From contig JABRWB010000054.1 in NCBI GenBank assembly GCA_039961635.1, forward strand, positions 7,917 to 71,916: 64,000 nucleotides of DNA, read 5' to 3'. The notes below the pieces were generated by a model that worked only from the letters and a program-made list of their open reading frames with translations, did not search any database and was not told the origin of the DNA. Position numbers and translations under genes: made by a program. Shown here piece after piece: positions 1 to 10,528 of this stretch. Position 1 is the stretch's first letter, and each line of letters starts with the position of its first letter. The stretch is from a bacterium. Its GTDB lineage: Bacteria > 4484-113 > JAGGVC01.

Positions 1-156
1 TACCGTCCGCCGAAGCGCAAACAGGAGAACATAAAGGCGGAAGCCGCGGACGGCGCCGCAGAAGAAGCTTCCTACTCCGATGCCGCATCCAAGCCCGCCA
101 GGCCCGCGCGCGAAGCCGAGCCGATTGACGACTACCTGGGGAGCGGCGATGGATAG
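1..156 (+). CDS. C-terminal fragment of an upstream gene, possibly TatA/TatB (truncated by window edge)
   Basis: Frame 1 is open from position 1 to TAG at 154-156 and encodes a charged, low-complexity tail (YRPPKRKQENIKAEAADG...). The stop overlaps the tatC ATG. Identity is inferred only from position. Confidence 0.4.
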   Translation, partial: YRPPKRKQENIKAEAADGAAEEASYSDAASKPARPAREAEPIDDYLGSGDG

Positions 157-895
157 CCCGGAAATCGAAAAAACGGGCGGCGAAACGGGATGCTGGCAGG
201 AGATGAAGCCGCATCTGGTCGAGCTTCGAAACCGGATACTGGCCACGATCGCGTTTTTCGCGCTGGCGTTCGCCGCGGGATTTTACTATGCAGAATTCAT
301 TTTCGATTTGTTGGTTTACCCGCTTCCGGAAGGGCTGCGGCTGAACTATTTCGGAGTGGCGGAAGCGTTTTTCACGGATGTCAAATTGGCCGCGGCCGCG
401 GCGCTGATTGTATCCACGCCCGTGTTCCTGTTTCACGTATGGCGGTTCGTCGAGCCGGGGCTGAAGCGGCACGAAAAAAGGATCATCCTGTCCACAGTGC
501 CGTGGGCGATGTTCCTTTTCGTCGCCGGCGGCGTGTTCACATACTTCGCGGTTGCGCCGGCCGGGCTTAAAATCCTTTTGGGATGGGGCGCCGACAGGTA
601 CGATCCCGTGCTGTCCGTCGGACGGTACACCAGCTTTCTAATCGGATTGTTGCTCGCCGGAGCGCTGCTTTTCGAGCTGCCCGTCGTGCTTGTCGGACTT
701 GCCAAACTCGGCTTCGTCACAAGAGCCAGCCTGATAAAGCATTCGCGCACCGCGGTTGTCCTGATTCTGATTCTGGCAGCCGTGCTTACGCCTTCCCCCG
801 ACGCGTTCACGATGCTCGTCCTGTCCGGGCCGATTATTCTTTTATACTTCCTAAGCGTGCTTTTCGTGGGCTTTGTGAAACCCGCCGGGGAATGA
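149..895 (+). CDS. tatC: Twin-arginine translocase subunit TatC
   Basis: HLVELRNRI, EAFFTDVK and WRFVEPGL motifs, C-terminal TPSPDAFTM, about 6 TM segments. Start taken at ATG 149. Confidence 0.93.
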   Translation: MDSPEIEKTGGETGCWQEMKPHLVELRNRILATIAFFALAFAAGFYYAEFIFDLLVYPLPEGLRLNYFGVAEAFFTDVKLAAAAALIVSTPVFLFHVWRFVEPGLKRHEKRIILSTVPWAMFLFVAGGVFTYFAVAPAGLKILLGWGADRYDPVLSVGRYTSFLIGLLLAGALLFELPVVLVGLAKLGFVTRASLIKHSRTAVVLILILAAVLTPSPDAFTMLVLSGPIILLYFLSVLFVGFVKPAGE

Positions 896-1056
896 TTCGG
901 GTTGCTGGAACAAGAGCACTTTTGTCACGTCATATAGTTTGCGCGATGTTATCGGCGTCGCGCGGGTAGTAATCTAGGCGGAACGCCGATTTAACGGCAT
1001 TCCGCGGACCGAAAGGACCGCGGACGCGGATTCGGCGGCTTCGCGGGGAGCAAGGA

Positions 1057-1788
1057 ATGCGCAAAGTACCAATTGTTGCTTTGTTTTTGATGGTTTTTGC
1101 CTTCGCCGCGCCGGGTTGGGCGGCGTCCACAGGCGAAATCACGCTCACGCTCGACTTTTCGGGTCTGTCGTCGCATATGACCAAGCTTTTCGGGATGATG
1201 GGAGCGGCGCCGCCGCCGGAAGCGGATTCCGGCCGGCCCATCGCGGTCACGTTCAACGGCCATATCTTCATCCAAGGCGACAACCTGCGCATAGCGTTGG
1301 CCGATCCGACGGGCGCGTCCGCGGGCGCGGTTCCGGCGATCGAGATAATGGTCAACAAAAGCGACAACAAGCTGTACTTTTACTATCCCGACACGCTAAA
1401 TGGGGTCGCCGTCGACCTAGGCCAGGCGGAGAGCTCCGGGCTGGCGGAAAGCGGCGCGCTTACCGGCAACCGCAATTACCGCGACCTGCTTGGAAACGTG
1501 AACGCCAAGTCCGTGGGCAAAGAAACCATCCTCGGCCACGAATCCACCGGATACGCGTTCAAAATCGCGCGGGAAGGCGGCCGGACGGTAATGGTGGATA
1601 TGTGGGTGGCGGACGATCTGGGATTCCCGATCGCGGTCCGCACGCGGTCGGATATGTTCAACATGACCTGGGAAGTGAAAAACCTGAAAACGACGCCCGA
1701 CAAAGGCGTCGGATTTTTCCGCCCGCCCCAGGATGCCGCGTTAAGGCAGGATTCCGCAGCGTCCATTTTGGGGATGGCGGGCATGTGA
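1057..1788 (+). CDS. Exported protein, LolA-like/DUF4412-type fold
   Basis: Sec signal ending in AWA; C-terminal GKETILGH...MWVADDLGFP...FFRPP pattern typical of DUF4412/LolA-like proteins; RBS GGGGAG/AAGGA. Confidence 0.6.
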   Translation: MRKVPIVALFLMVFAFAAPGWAASTGEITLTLDFSGLSSHMTKLFGMMGAAPPPEADSGRPIAVTFNGHIFIQGDNLRIALADPTGASAGAVPAIEIMVNKSDNKLYFYYPDTLNGVAVDLGQAESSGLAESGALTGNRNYRDLLGNVNAKSVGKETILGHESTGYAFKIAREGGRTVMVDMWVADDLGFPIAVRTRSDMFNMTWEVKNLKTTPDKGVGFFRPPQDAALRQDSAASILGMAGM

Positions 1789-1806
1789 CGGAAACGGGGG
1801 CGGGGG

Positions 1807-2715
1807 TTGGAGGAATTGAACGACAGAAATTCCGGCGAAGTGCGGGACAAGGACGAAGCCGTCCTTGAGAACGCTCTGCTTCAGTACCTGAATTACATCA
1901 GCTCGATCAACCTCCTCACAAAAGACGAGGAATACCGTTATCTGAACATCTATCACAGTCCGGACAGCACCGAAGAGGAAAAGCTGGCCGCGCGCGAAGC
2001 GCTGATAAACGCGAACTTGAGGCTGGTCGTAAGCATCGCCAAGCGCTACCGGATGCTCAACGTGCCGATGACGGATTTGATAGGCGAAGGCAATCTGGGG
2101 CTTATCCGCGCCATCGAAAAATTCGACACTAGCACCGGCTTCAAGTTTTCCACCTATGCCACTTGGTGGATCAAGCAGCGCATACTGCGTTACATAACAA
2201 AGAATCAAAGCCAAATACGCGTACCGGAACATGTGCTGGACATAATGCGCAAGCTGAACCGTGCGACGTACGACTTTCGCGCAAAGTATCAGAGGGAACC
2301 TACCACCGCCGAGCTTTCCGCTGCGTCCGGTTTTTCGCCCGAAGACATAGAGAAATACACGAACCTCGTTCCGTACGTTCAAAGTCTCGACTCCGGATTC
2401 GAGTACAGCGACGGCGGCCAGGGCGACGACCAGCGCGACCTTAAGGAGCGCGTCTCTTCCGGAGAAGACCTGTTCTCGGATGCGATGACCGCGCTTGAAG
2501 TGAAGGCGCTGCTCGACCGGCTTGAGCCGAAGGAGCGCCACGTCGTGATGCGCCGGTACGGACTGGAGCCGAGCGGCGAAAAGAGCCACGGGCCGGTTTT
2601 CACGCTGGAGCAGATCGGCGGGGAGCTGCATATGAGCAGGGAGCGCATCCGCCAGATCGAAGCCAAAGCGATACGCAAACTCAAGCAATACGCGAGGCAG
2701 ATAAAGCGGTATTGA
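1807..2715 (+). CDS. Alternative sigma-70 family sigma factor (RpoD/RpoS-like, lacking region 1.1)
   Basis: Region 2 ([35 protein letters not shown]) and region 4 (TLEQIG...[16 protein letters not shown]); only 302 aa; TTG start. Confidence 0.92.
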   Translation: MEELNDRNSGEVRDKDEAVLENALLQYLNYISSINLLTKDEEYRYLNIYHSPDSTEEEKLAAREALINANLRLVVSIAKRYRMLNVPMTDLIGEGNLGLIRAIEKFDTSTGFKFSTYATWWIKQRILRYITKNQSQIRVPEHVLDIMRKLNRATYDFRAKYQREPTTAELSAASGFSPEDIEKYTNLVPYVQSLDSGFEYSDGGQGDDQRDLKERVSSGEDLFSDAMTALEVKALLDRLEPKERHVVMRRYGLEPSGEKSHGPVFTLEQIGGELHMSRERIRQIEAKAIRKLKQYARQIKRY

Positions 2716-2725
2716 TTGCGGCGGA

Positions 2726-4099
2726 TTGTGGGATAATGCAGCGGCTGTTGTTTTTCGCGCCCGGCGCGCAAAGGGAGTAAACGTGACTTCAACCGCCGCG
2801 AGGCGACATTTCGTGGACGTGATCGCGATCGGCTTCGGCGCGACCGCGGCAATGTGGGCGGCCGGATATCTCTGCAGGCTGCCGGCCGTGATGGCGCCTG
2901 CGTGGTTGCTTTTCGCGATTTTCGTTGTATGCATCTTCGCGGGCGGCTATGCCGCGGGCGCGTGCGCGGGGCGCGGGATTTGGGGAGGCGCGGCATGCGG
3001 CGCGGTGACAGCTCTCTTCAACCTGCTCATAATCGGCAGCCTGATTTCCGATGCCGATACGTCCGGTCTCGCGCCCTCCGCGCTAATCTGGATTCCCGGC
3101 TCGATCTTGGCGGGGGCGGCAATCGCGGCCATCGGTGCGACGGCCGCATCCCGCAAGGCGCGCACGGCGGCGCAACGCGACGCGCGAAGCTGGACCGGCG
3201 CGTTCGCGAAAGCTCTTGCGGGAGCGACGTTTTTGCTGATCACGATGGGCGGCGCGGTCACCTCCGCGGACGCGGGTCTGGCCGTCCCCGACTGGCCCAG
3301 TTCGTTCGCGTACAACATGTTCCTCTTCCCGCTGTCGCGAATGACAGGCGGGATTTATTTCGAGCATGCGCACCGGCTTGCAGGCATGCTTGTGGGGCTC
3401 GGCTCGATTGTGCTTTTCGCTTTAGTTTTGATTTACGAGCGGCGCGTCTGGATTAAATGGCTTTCGCTCGCGACGTTTCTGCTCATTTCGGCGCAAGGTT
3501 TGTTGGGCGGGCTGCGCGTAATCGAAGGTATGGAACCCGGAGCGGCGGCCAAGTCCGCCGCGGAGCGCGCCGACGTCTGGATGGCGCTGGGACATGGAAT
3601 CCTGGGCCAGCTTATCTTTGGACTTGTCGTGGCGCTTGCGGTTTTCCTTTCGGATGCGTGGCTGAACCAAGGCCTGAAAACAGCGGCGCGTTCCGCGCGC
3701 GCGGATCGCGCGATCACCGGCTGGCTCATTCCGCTGGTAATTCTTCAAATCGCGTTCGGCGCCGTATTACGCCATGTCGCGGGCGGTCTGCACATTCATA
3801 TCACTGTTGCCGTGATCGTCGCCGTCGTCGCGGTCATGGCAGGCGTCCGCGCATGGGGGATATACAAGGATTCGCCGATCCTGCAAAAATCCGGCCTGGC
3901 GCTTGCGCACACGCTCGGATTGCAGCTTCTGCTTGGAATCGCGGCGCTGATTTTCACCGCGGACATCCCCGGCAGCGCGTTCATCGACGGCGGCAGAATT
4001 ATCGTGCCGACAATCCACCAGGCGGTCGGCGCGCTCCTTTTGGCGCTTTCGGTGAACCTCGCGCTTTGGACGCGCAGGCTTCTTGCCGATCCGTCATAA
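2726..4099 (+). CDS. ctaA: Heme A synthase (COX15/CtaA) with N-terminal membrane extension
   Basis: GGAVTSADAGLAVPDWP, EHAHRLAG, QGLLGGLRV, HGILGQ, HQAVG motifs. True start may be GTG 2783. Confidence 0.88.
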   Translation: MWDNAAAVVFRARRAKGVNVTSTAARRHFVDVIAIGFGATAAMWAAGYLCRLPAVMAPAWLLFAIFVVCIFAGGYAAGACAGRGIWGGAACGAVTALFNLLIIGSLISDADTSGLAPSALIWIPGSILAGAAIAAIGATAASRKARTAAQRDARSWTGAFAKALAGATFLLITMGGAVTSADAGLAVPDWPSSFAYNMFLFPLSRMTGGIYFEHAHRLAGMLVGLGSIVLFALVLIYERRVWIKWLSLATFLLISAQGLLGGLRVIEGMEPGAAAKSAAERADVWMALGHGILGQLIFGLVVALAVFLSDAWLNQGLKTAARSARADRAITGWLIPLVILQIAFGAVLRHVAGGLHIHITVAVIVAVVAVMAGVRAWGIYKDSPILQKSGLALAHTLGLQLLLGIAALIFTADIPGSAFIDGGRIIVPTIHQAVGALLLALSVNLALWTRRLLADPS

Positions 4100-4145
4100 C
4101 ACAAACCTGGCCCGCGCCAAACGAAAACTTAATACGTCCTGCACA
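4096..4145 (+). promoter_or_regulatory. Candidate Pho-box half-sites upstream of phoB
   Basis: ATAACA (4096), TTAATA (4129) and TGCACA (4140) lie in 11-bp register, each preceded by C, and resemble TT(A/T/C)ACA Pho repeats. Confidence 0.4.
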
Positions 4146-4185
4146 AAATGGAAATCCCATCTCCGTTTTGAAAGAGGGCATACGA

Positions 4186-4872
4186 ATGGCCAAAAAACAA
4201 ATCCTTGTCGTGGACGACGAGGAAGACATTCTCGAGCTGGTGCGATACAATCTCGTCAAAGAGGGATACGCGGTGCAATGCCTAAAATCCGCGGAAAGCG
4301 CGCTGTCATACGCGCGCGCCAATCATCCCGACCTGATTTTGCTCGACATAATGCTGCCCGGAATGAACGGCCTGGACGCATGCCGGGCGCTGAAAAGCGA
4401 TCCCTCAACAGCGAAAATACCGGTGATAATGCTCTCCGCCAAGGGCGAGGAGGCCGACATCGTGGCCGGACTTGAACTCGGCGCGGAGGATTACATCACG
4501 AAACCGTTTTCGCCGCGCGTGCTTGTCGCGCGGCTGCGCGCGGCGTTCAGGCGGCGCCTGATGGAGGCCGAAGGAGCGGACAAAGTGATTAAAATCCACG
4601 GATTGGTCATTCATCCGGGCCGCCGCGAGGTCGCCGCCGGCGACCGGAAATTCGACCTCACCTTCAGCGAGTTCGGCATCCTGCACTTCCTCGCCTCCCG
4701 TCCCGGCTGGGTGTTCACGCGCTACCAGATAACCGACGCTGTGCGCGGCGACGAGTACGCGGTCACCGACCGCTCGGTTGACGTGCACATCGCAGGATTG
4801 CGAAAGAAACTCGGCGAATACGGAAACCTCATCGAAACCGTGCGCGGCGTAGGATACCGCTTCAAGGAATGA
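4186..4872 (+). CDS. phoB: PhoB/PhoP-type OmpR-family response regulator
   Basis: ILVVDDE, DLILLDIMLPG and ITKPF receiver motifs; winged-helix C-terminus (RSVDVHI...IETVRGVGY); adjacent to pst operon. Confidence 0.92.
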   Translation: MAKKQILVVDDEEDILELVRYNLVKEGYAVQCLKSAESALSYARANHPDLILLDIMLPGMNGLDACRALKSDPSTAKIPVIMLSAKGEEADIVAGLELGAEDYITKPFSPRVLVARLRAAFRRRLMEAEGADKVIKIHGLVIHPGRREVAAGDRKFDLTFSEFGILHFLASRPGWVFTRYQITDAVRGDEYAVTDRSVDVHIAGLRKKLGEYGNLIETVRGVGYRFKE

Positions 4873-6665
4873 CCGTGCGAAAAAAGAAGCGCCTTCTGCG
4901 GCATCTTGTCACCTTTTATTTTGTCGTGATCGCCGCGTCGGTCGCCGCGCTGTCGCTGTCCTACTCCGGAACTTACCGCAAGGCCTATCTAAGCAGCCTT
5001 TCGTCTTTCCTGGAGGAGCGGGCGCGGTTCGTCGAGGCCGAAATAGAGGGCGAGGGCGGCTTCTGGGACGAGCCGTCGCACGTAGACGCTTTGTGCAAGC
5101 GGCTGGGCGAGCTTACGGTTTCGCGGATAACGGTGATTGACAAGAACGGAAAGGTGATGGGCGATTCCGACGCGGATCCCGAAACGATGGACAATCACTC
5201 GCTTCGGCCGGAGGTGTCGGCCGCGCTTGCTGGCGGCACAGGTAGCTCGGAACGGTTTTCGCGAACCATCGCCGAGGAAATGCTGTACGTCGCGATTCCG
5301 CACGAAGAACGCGGCGAAGTGCGGGCGGTCGTGCGCGTCGGGATGCCCGTGACCGCGATTACCCGGACTCTTGGCGCTTTGAACCGCAACTTGCTTGCAG
5401 CCGGCGCGATTGTGGCGCTGCTTGCCGCTGCGGCAGGGCTTGTATTCTCGCGCCGCACGGCCGCAATCATTCAGGAAATGCGGGACGGCGCGGCGCGAAT
5501 CGCGGAAGGCGACCTTACGCACCGCGTCGCCGTGCCGGACGTGCTGGAACTCGCATCCCTGGCGGACGCGGTCAACAGTTTGGCGGAAGAGCTTGGCGCG
5601 AGGCTTGCAAAGGTTTCGGAGCAAAAAGCGGAGCTCGAAGCGGTGATGTCGGGGATGAGCGAAGGGGTAATCGCGGTGGACGGGTCGGAAAAGATCATCC
5701 GCATAAACGCGGCCGCTGCCGGACTTGCCGGAATCGATCCTGCATCCGCAGCCGGAAAATCCGTCCCGGAAGCGATCAGAATAACCGCGATCCAGAAATT
5801 CATTTCGCGCGCGCTGGGCGCGCGAACCGCGATCGAGGAAGAGTTTACGCTGTACGATGGGCGGGAAAGGCATTTCAGCGCGCACGGCTCGCCGCTTCAC
5901 TTAGCGGGCGGCGCGCATTCCGGAGCAGTGGTTGTGCTCACCGAAATCACGCGGCTTAAAGAGATGGAGAAAGTTCGCAAGGATTTCGTCGCGAACGTTT
6001 CGCATGAGCTCGGGACGCCAATAACGGCGATAAAAGGATTCATCGAGACGCTGCGGGAAGGCGCGATCGAAGATCCCGAGGCCGCGTCGCGATTCCTGAA
6101 AATAATGGAAAGGCAGGCGGAGAGACTGCATTTGATATCCGACGACCTGCTGAAGCTCGCACGCATCGAGCAGCAGGCCGACGAAGGGCGGATTGCACTT
6201 TCCAAAATTAAGATTCGCGATATTCTGGAAGACGCCAAAGATTCCTGTGCCGCGCTGTCGTCGGAAAAGGGCATACCCATTGTCATCAAGTCCGACGAAG
6301 AAATCGAAATCGAAGCGAACGCGCCGATGCTTGTTCAGGCGGTTGTGAACTTGATCGACAACGCGCTCAAATACTCGGGCGCGTCCGAGCCTATCGTCGT
6401 ATCCGCAACACGCATCCGCGATTGGATCGAGTTGTCGGTTGCCGATAAGGGCTCGGGAATATCGAAGGAACACCTGCCGAGGCTGTTCGAGCGATTTTAC
6501 CGGGTAGACCGCGCCCGCAGCAGGGAATCGGGCGGAACCGGTCTGGGGCTGGCGATTGTCAAGCATGTCGCGCTTGCCCACGACGGAATTGCGGAGGTTG
6601 AAAGCGAGCTTGGAAAGGGAAGCAAATTCACGATAAAGCTGCCCGCAAGCCGAACGAAAAATTAA
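4869..6665 (+). CDS. phoR: Phosphate regulon sensor histidine kinase PhoR (HAMP-PAS-HisKA-HATPase)
   Basis: DFVANVSHELGTP H-box, NLIDNALKY, FERFYRVDRARSRESGGTGLGLAIVKH; ATGA overlap with phoB. Confidence 0.93.
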   Translation: MTVRKKKRLLRHLVTFYFVVIAASVAALSLSYSGTYRKAYLSSLSSFLEERARFVEAEIEGEGGFWDEPSHVDALCKRLGELTVSRITVIDKNGKVMGDSDADPETMDNHSLRPEVSAALAGGTGSSERFSRTIAEEMLYVAIPHEERGEVRAVVRVGMPVTAITRTLGALNRNLLAAGAIVALLAAAAGLVFSRRTAAIIQEMRDGAARIAEGDLTHRVAVPDVLELASLADAVNSLAEELGARLAKVSEQKAELEAVMSGMSEGVIAVDGSEKIIRINAAAAGLAGIDPASAAGKSVPEAIRITAIQKFISRALGARTAIEEEFTLYDGRERHFSAHGSPLHLAGGAHSGAVVVLTEITRLKEMEKVRKDFVANVSHELGTPITAIKGFIETLREGAIEDPEAASRFLKIMERQAERLHLISDDLLKLARIEQQADEGRIALSKIKIRDILEDAKDSCAALSSEKGIPIVIKSDEEIEIEANAPMLVQAVVNLIDNALKYSGASEPIVVSATRIRDWIELSVADKGSGISKEHLPRLFERFYRVDRARSRESGGTGLGLAIVKHVALAHDGIAEVESELGKGSKFTIKLPASRTKN

Positions 6666-6700
6666 TCTATGCGATACGCCGTCTTAATTTGTTCTTAACA
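6662..6700 (+). promoter_or_regulatory. Pho box upstream of pstS
   Basis: TTAATC (6662), TTAATT (6684) and TTAACA (6695) are in exact 11-bp register in the AT-rich phoR-pstS intergenic region. Confidence 0.65.
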
Positions 6701-6761
6701 CAGCGCTTGTTTCATGCGGCCGGCGCGAGCGGCATCGGATCGCGGCGCCGGAGGAAATCAG

Positions 6762-7847
6762 ATGAAGGAATTCAGGCATTTCATTTCGCCTGCCGTTTTA
6801 ATGTTTGGGCTGTTTGTTTCGGTTTTATCGGGCTGTCCGAGTTCGTCGGGCGGCGGCGACGAATCGGCGGATATGAAATCCGGCGGCTCGCAACCGGCCG
6901 CTACGGGAAGTTCGGAGACGCTCGATATTTCGGGTAAGGTCACGGCCGACGGCTCAAGCACCGTATATCCCATAACCGAGGCGGTCGCCGAGGAGTTCCG
7001 CTCGAAGGCGCCAAATGTGCAGGTGACGGTCGGAATCAGCGGCACGGGCGGAGGATTCAAGAGATTCTGCGCGGGCGAAACCGACCTGCAGAACGCTTCC
7101 CGCCCGATCAAACCGGAGGAGGACGCCAAGGCCAAGGAAGCAGGCGTCGAGTATATCGAGCTGCCGGTCGCGTACGACGGATTGTCCGTCATCGTCAATC
7201 CCAAGAACGACTTCGTAGACCACCTGACCGTGGATGAGCTGAAAGCAATTTGGGGGCCGGGCAGCACAATCAAGAACTGGAAAGAAGTCCGCAAGGGATT
7301 CCCCGATTCGCCCCTGCATCTGTTCGGCCCCGGTACCGACAGCGGCACCTTCGACTATTTCACCGAAGTGATCAACGGCAAGGCCAAGGAAAGCCGCCCG
7401 GACTACACGGCGAGCGAGGACGACAACGTGCTTGTTCAGGGGGTCGCGGGCGACGTGGGCGCGCTTGGATATTTCGGATTCGCGTACTACGAGGAAAACG
7501 CGGACAAGCTGAAGCTGGTTCCGGTGGACGGCGGCTCCGGGCCGGTCACACCTTCAAAGGAAACCGTGATGGACGGCACTTACAAGCCGTTATCCAGGCC
7601 GTTGTTCGTTTACGTAAACGTCGCGAGCCTGGACAAGCCGGAAGTCAAGGAGTTTGTCCAATTCTACCTGACGAACGCGAAGGAGCTGGTTTCGGACGTG
7701 GGATACATCCCGCTGCCCGACGCGATTTACGCGGCGGCCGCGCAGCGGCTTGCTTCCAGAACAACCGGCACCGTATACACGCAAGGCGAAGGCGGAGGCA
7801 AGTCACTCGCCGAGCTTTACGGAGTGGCGGGCCAAAACAAATCGTAG
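6762..7847 (+). CDS. pstS: Phosphate ABC transporter substrate-binding lipoprotein
   Basis: Lipobox LSG-C; [28 protein letters not shown] and YKPLSRPLF motifs; RBS GGAGG before ATG 6762. Confidence 0.95.
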   Translation: MKEFRHFISPAVLMFGLFVSVLSGCPSSSGGGDESADMKSGGSQPAATGSSETLDISGKVTADGSSTVYPITEAVAEEFRSKAPNVQVTVGISGTGGGFKRFCAGETDLQNASRPIKPEEDAKAKEAGVEYIELPVAYDGLSVIVNPKNDFVDHLTVDELKAIWGPGSTIKNWKEVRKGFPDSPLHLFGPGTDSGTFDYFTEVINGKAKESRPDYTASEDDNVLVQGVAGDVGALGYFGFAYYEENADKLKLVPVDGGSGPVTPSKETVMDGTYKPLSRPLFVYVNVASLDKPEVKEFVQFYLTNAKELVSDVGYIPLPDAIYAAAAQRLASRTTGTVYTQGEGGGKSLAELYGVAGQNKS

Positions 7848-7905
7848 GGGAGCGGTTTGCCCGCTCGCGCGCATAAAGATGGGCGGGGGCAAACCCCGCC
7901 AGTAC
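7844..7905. repeat. Inverted REP-like (GTAG-family) doublet between pstS and pstC
   Basis: GTAG-GGGAGCGGTTTGCCCGCTC on the left and GGGCGGGGGCAAACCCCGCCAGTAC on the right; each forms its own hairpin and the two are inverted relative to each other. Confidence 0.55.
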
Positions 7906-7936
7906 ATTTAATTTCAACCTTGCGCCAACGAAGGAA

Positions 7937-8860
7937 ATGAAATTGGACAAGTCCGTCGCGGCATCGCTTTCGAAACGGGGACATGCGAGACTAAAGGAAT
8001 GGTTGATCCAGGCCGTCCTGTTCCTGTGCGCGCTTTTGTCCGTAGCGACAACCGCCGGAATAATCCTCGTGATGGCGGACGAGACATTCCAATTTTTCCG
8101 CGAAGTGCGGATTGCCGAGTTCCTGTTCGGCACAGAGTGGCATCCGCTGTTCGCCCCCGCCAAGTTCGGCGTGCTGCCACTGGTCAACGGCACATTGCTT
8201 GTCGGCGTCGGCGCGGGGATATTCGCGATGCCCATCGGGCTGTTCACCGCGATTTACCTGTCGGAATACGCGACATCAAAGATTAGAAGCTGGCTCAAGC
8301 CGGTGCTCGAAATCCTCGCGGGCGTACCGACCGTCGTGTACGGATACTTCGCGCTCACTTGGGTAACGCCCGCGCTGCAAAAAATAATCCCCTCGACCGA
8401 AGTTTTCAACGCGGCGAGCGCCGCGATCGTAGTCGGGATAATGATCCTGCCCACCGTCGCTTCGCTTTGCGACGACGCGTTCCACGCGGTGCCGCGTTCG
8501 CTTCGCGAGGCCGGTTACGGCCTGGGCGCGACCAAATTCGAAGTTTCTCTCGGAATAGTCCTTCCCGCGGGGCTTTCGGGCGTGCTCGCGAGCTTCGTCC
8601 TCGCGTTCTCGCGCGCGATTGGCGAGACGATGGCGGTCGTAATGGCCGCGGGCGCGACGCCGAAGATGACGCTCAATCCGTTCGAGTCCATCCAGACGAT
8701 GACCGCGTACATCGTGCAAATCAGTCTGGGCGACACGCCCGCGGGCACCATCGAATACAAAACGCTGTTCGCGGTCGGAATGCTTTTGTTTCTGATGACG
8801 CTCGCCATGAACCTGGTCGCGAACTGGATATTCCGCAGGTTCCGGGAGGTGTACGACTAG
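7937..8860 (+). CDS. pstC: Phosphate ABC transporter permease PstC
   Basis: [35 protein letters not shown] motifs. Confidence 0.96.
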   Translation: MKLDKSVAASLSKRGHARLKEWLIQAVLFLCALLSVATTAGIILVMADETFQFFREVRIAEFLFGTEWHPLFAPAKFGVLPLVNGTLLVGVGAGIFAMPIGLFTAIYLSEYATSKIRSWLKPVLEILAGVPTVVYGYFALTWVTPALQKIIPSTEVFNAASAAIVVGIMILPTVASLCDDAFHAVPRSLREAGYGLGATKFEVSLGIVLPAGLSGVLASFVLAFSRAIGETMAVVMAAGATPKMTLNPFESIQTMTAYIVQISLGDTPAGTIEYKTLFAVGMLLFLMTLAMNLVANWIFRRFREVYD

Positions 8861-9724
8861 ATGCTGCGCGACAACATCGCCAGGCGGCGGATGATCGGCG
8901 CGATTTTGCACGGGCTGTTCCTGGCCTGTACGCTGGCGGGCGTGATTTTTCTCGTGATTTTGCTGTGGCAGGCGACCGCGCCGGGATGGAGCCACCTGAA
9001 CTGGGATTTCCTGAACAACTTCCCTTCGCGCAGGCCGTCGCAGGCCGGAATCAAAGCCGCGCTCGCGGGCTCGCTTTACATGATCGCGATCACGATTTTG
9101 CTTTCGGTTCCCATCGGAGTCGCAGCCGCTATTTATCTCGAGGAATACCAGAAGAAGGGCTTCGTCAACACGCTGATAGAAATAAACATCGCAAATCTGG
9201 CGGGCGTGCCGTCCATTATATACGGACTGCTGGGGCTCGGACTTTTCGTTCGCTGGATGGCGCTCGACCGCAGCGTGATTTCCGGCGCGCTGACCATGAC
9301 CATCCTCGTGCTTCCCGTGATCATCATCGCGGCGCGCGAGGCGCTGCGCGCGGTGCCGGATTCGCTGCGCCAGGCCGCGTTCGCGCTGGGCGCGACGCGA
9401 TGGCAGACCGTGCAGCACCACGTGCTTCCCGCGGCGCTTCCCGGCATACTGACCGGCGTGATTCTTTCCATATCGCGCGCTCTGGGCGAAACCGCGCCGC
9501 TGATCACGATAGGCGCGCTGACTTACGTCGCGTTCGTTCCGACGAAGCTCACGGACGGGTTCACCGTCCTCCCGATACAAATATTCAACTGGGCGTCGCG
9601 CCCGCAGAAGGAATTCCTGGAGGTCGCGTCCGCGGGTATCATCGTCCTTCTTGCGGTGCTGCTGTTGCTCAACTCGGTGGCGATACTCATCCGCCACAAG
9701 TTCGAAGGCGGCAAAAAATGGTAA
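8861..9724 (+). CDS. pstA: Phosphate ABC transporter permease PstA
   Basis: [28 protein letters not shown] motifs. Confidence 0.96.
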   Translation: MLRDNIARRRMIGAILHGLFLACTLAGVIFLVILLWQATAPGWSHLNWDFLNNFPSRRPSQAGIKAALAGSLYMIAITILLSVPIGVAAAIYLEEYQKKGFVNTLIEINIANLAGVPSIIYGLLGLGLFVRWMALDRSVISGALTMTILVLPVIIIAAREALRAVPDSLRQAAFALGATRWQTVQHHVLPAALPGILTGVILSISRALGETAPLITIGALTYVAFVPTKLTDGFTVLPIQIFNWASRPQKEFLEVASAGIIVLLAVLLLLNSVAILIRHKFEGGKKW

Positions 9725-10515
9725 ATGAGGCGACCAACGCAAACGGAAACGGCGCGGGCGAGAACGGCGCGGCCGTGCTGTCCACGCAGAATTTGTGGAT
9801 CAGGTACGGCCAGAGCGCCGCGGTCAAGAACGTGACGCTTTCCATCCCGAAGCATTCGATCACCGCGATAATCGGCCCGTCCGGCTGCGGCAAAAGCACG
9901 CTTTTACGCGCGTTCAACCGGATGAACGACTTCATCCACGGCGTCTCGATGGAAGGCCGGGTCGAGTTCCTGGGCACGAACATATACGACAAAGCTGTTG
10001 ATCCCGTCGAGGTGCGCCGCCGCATCGGAATGGTTTTCCAGAAGCCGAATCCGTTTCCGAAATCAATTGCCAAGAACGTGTCCTGGGGGCCGATGATTAA
10101 CGGCTACAAGGGCGACGTGCGGGAGCTTGTAGAAAGCTCGCTTAAACGCGCGGCGCTTTGGGACGAGGTGAAGGACAAGCTTGAAGAATCGGGGCTTTCG
10201 CTTTCCGGCGGCCAGCAGCAGAGGCTTTGCATCGCGCGCGCGATAGCGATGGAGCCGGAAGTTATCCTGATGGACGAGCCGTGCAGCGCGCTCGATCCGA
10301 TTTCCACGACGCGTATCGAGGATCTGCTTATCGAGCTAAGAAAAAAATATACGATAGTCATCGTGACCCACAACATGCAGCAGGCCGCGCGTATTTCGAA
10401 GTACACCGCGTTCATGTACGAAGGCGAGCTTGTGGAGTACGGCGATACGAAGAAAATATTCACCAAGCCGGACGAGAAGAGAACGGAAGATTACATCACG
10501 GGAAGGTTCGGCTAG
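9718..10515 (+). CDS. pstB: Phosphate ABC transporter ATPase PstB
   Basis: Walker [34 protein letters not shown]-terminal [10 protein letters not shown]. Confidence 0.97.
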   Translation: MVNEATNANGNGAGENGAAVLSTQNLWIRYGQSAAVKNVTLSIPKHSITAIIGPSGCGKSTLLRAFNRMNDFIHGVSMEGRVEFLGTNIYDKAVDPVEVRRRIGMVFQKPNPFPKSIAKNVSWGPMINGYKGDVRELVESSLKRAALWDEVKDKLEESGLSLSGGQQQRLCIARAIAMEPEVILMDEPCSALDPISTTRIEDLLIELRKKYTIVIVTHNMQQAARISKYTAFMYEGELVEYGDTKKIFTKPDEKRTEDYITGRFG

Positions 10516-10528
10516 GCCGGAGGCAAAC

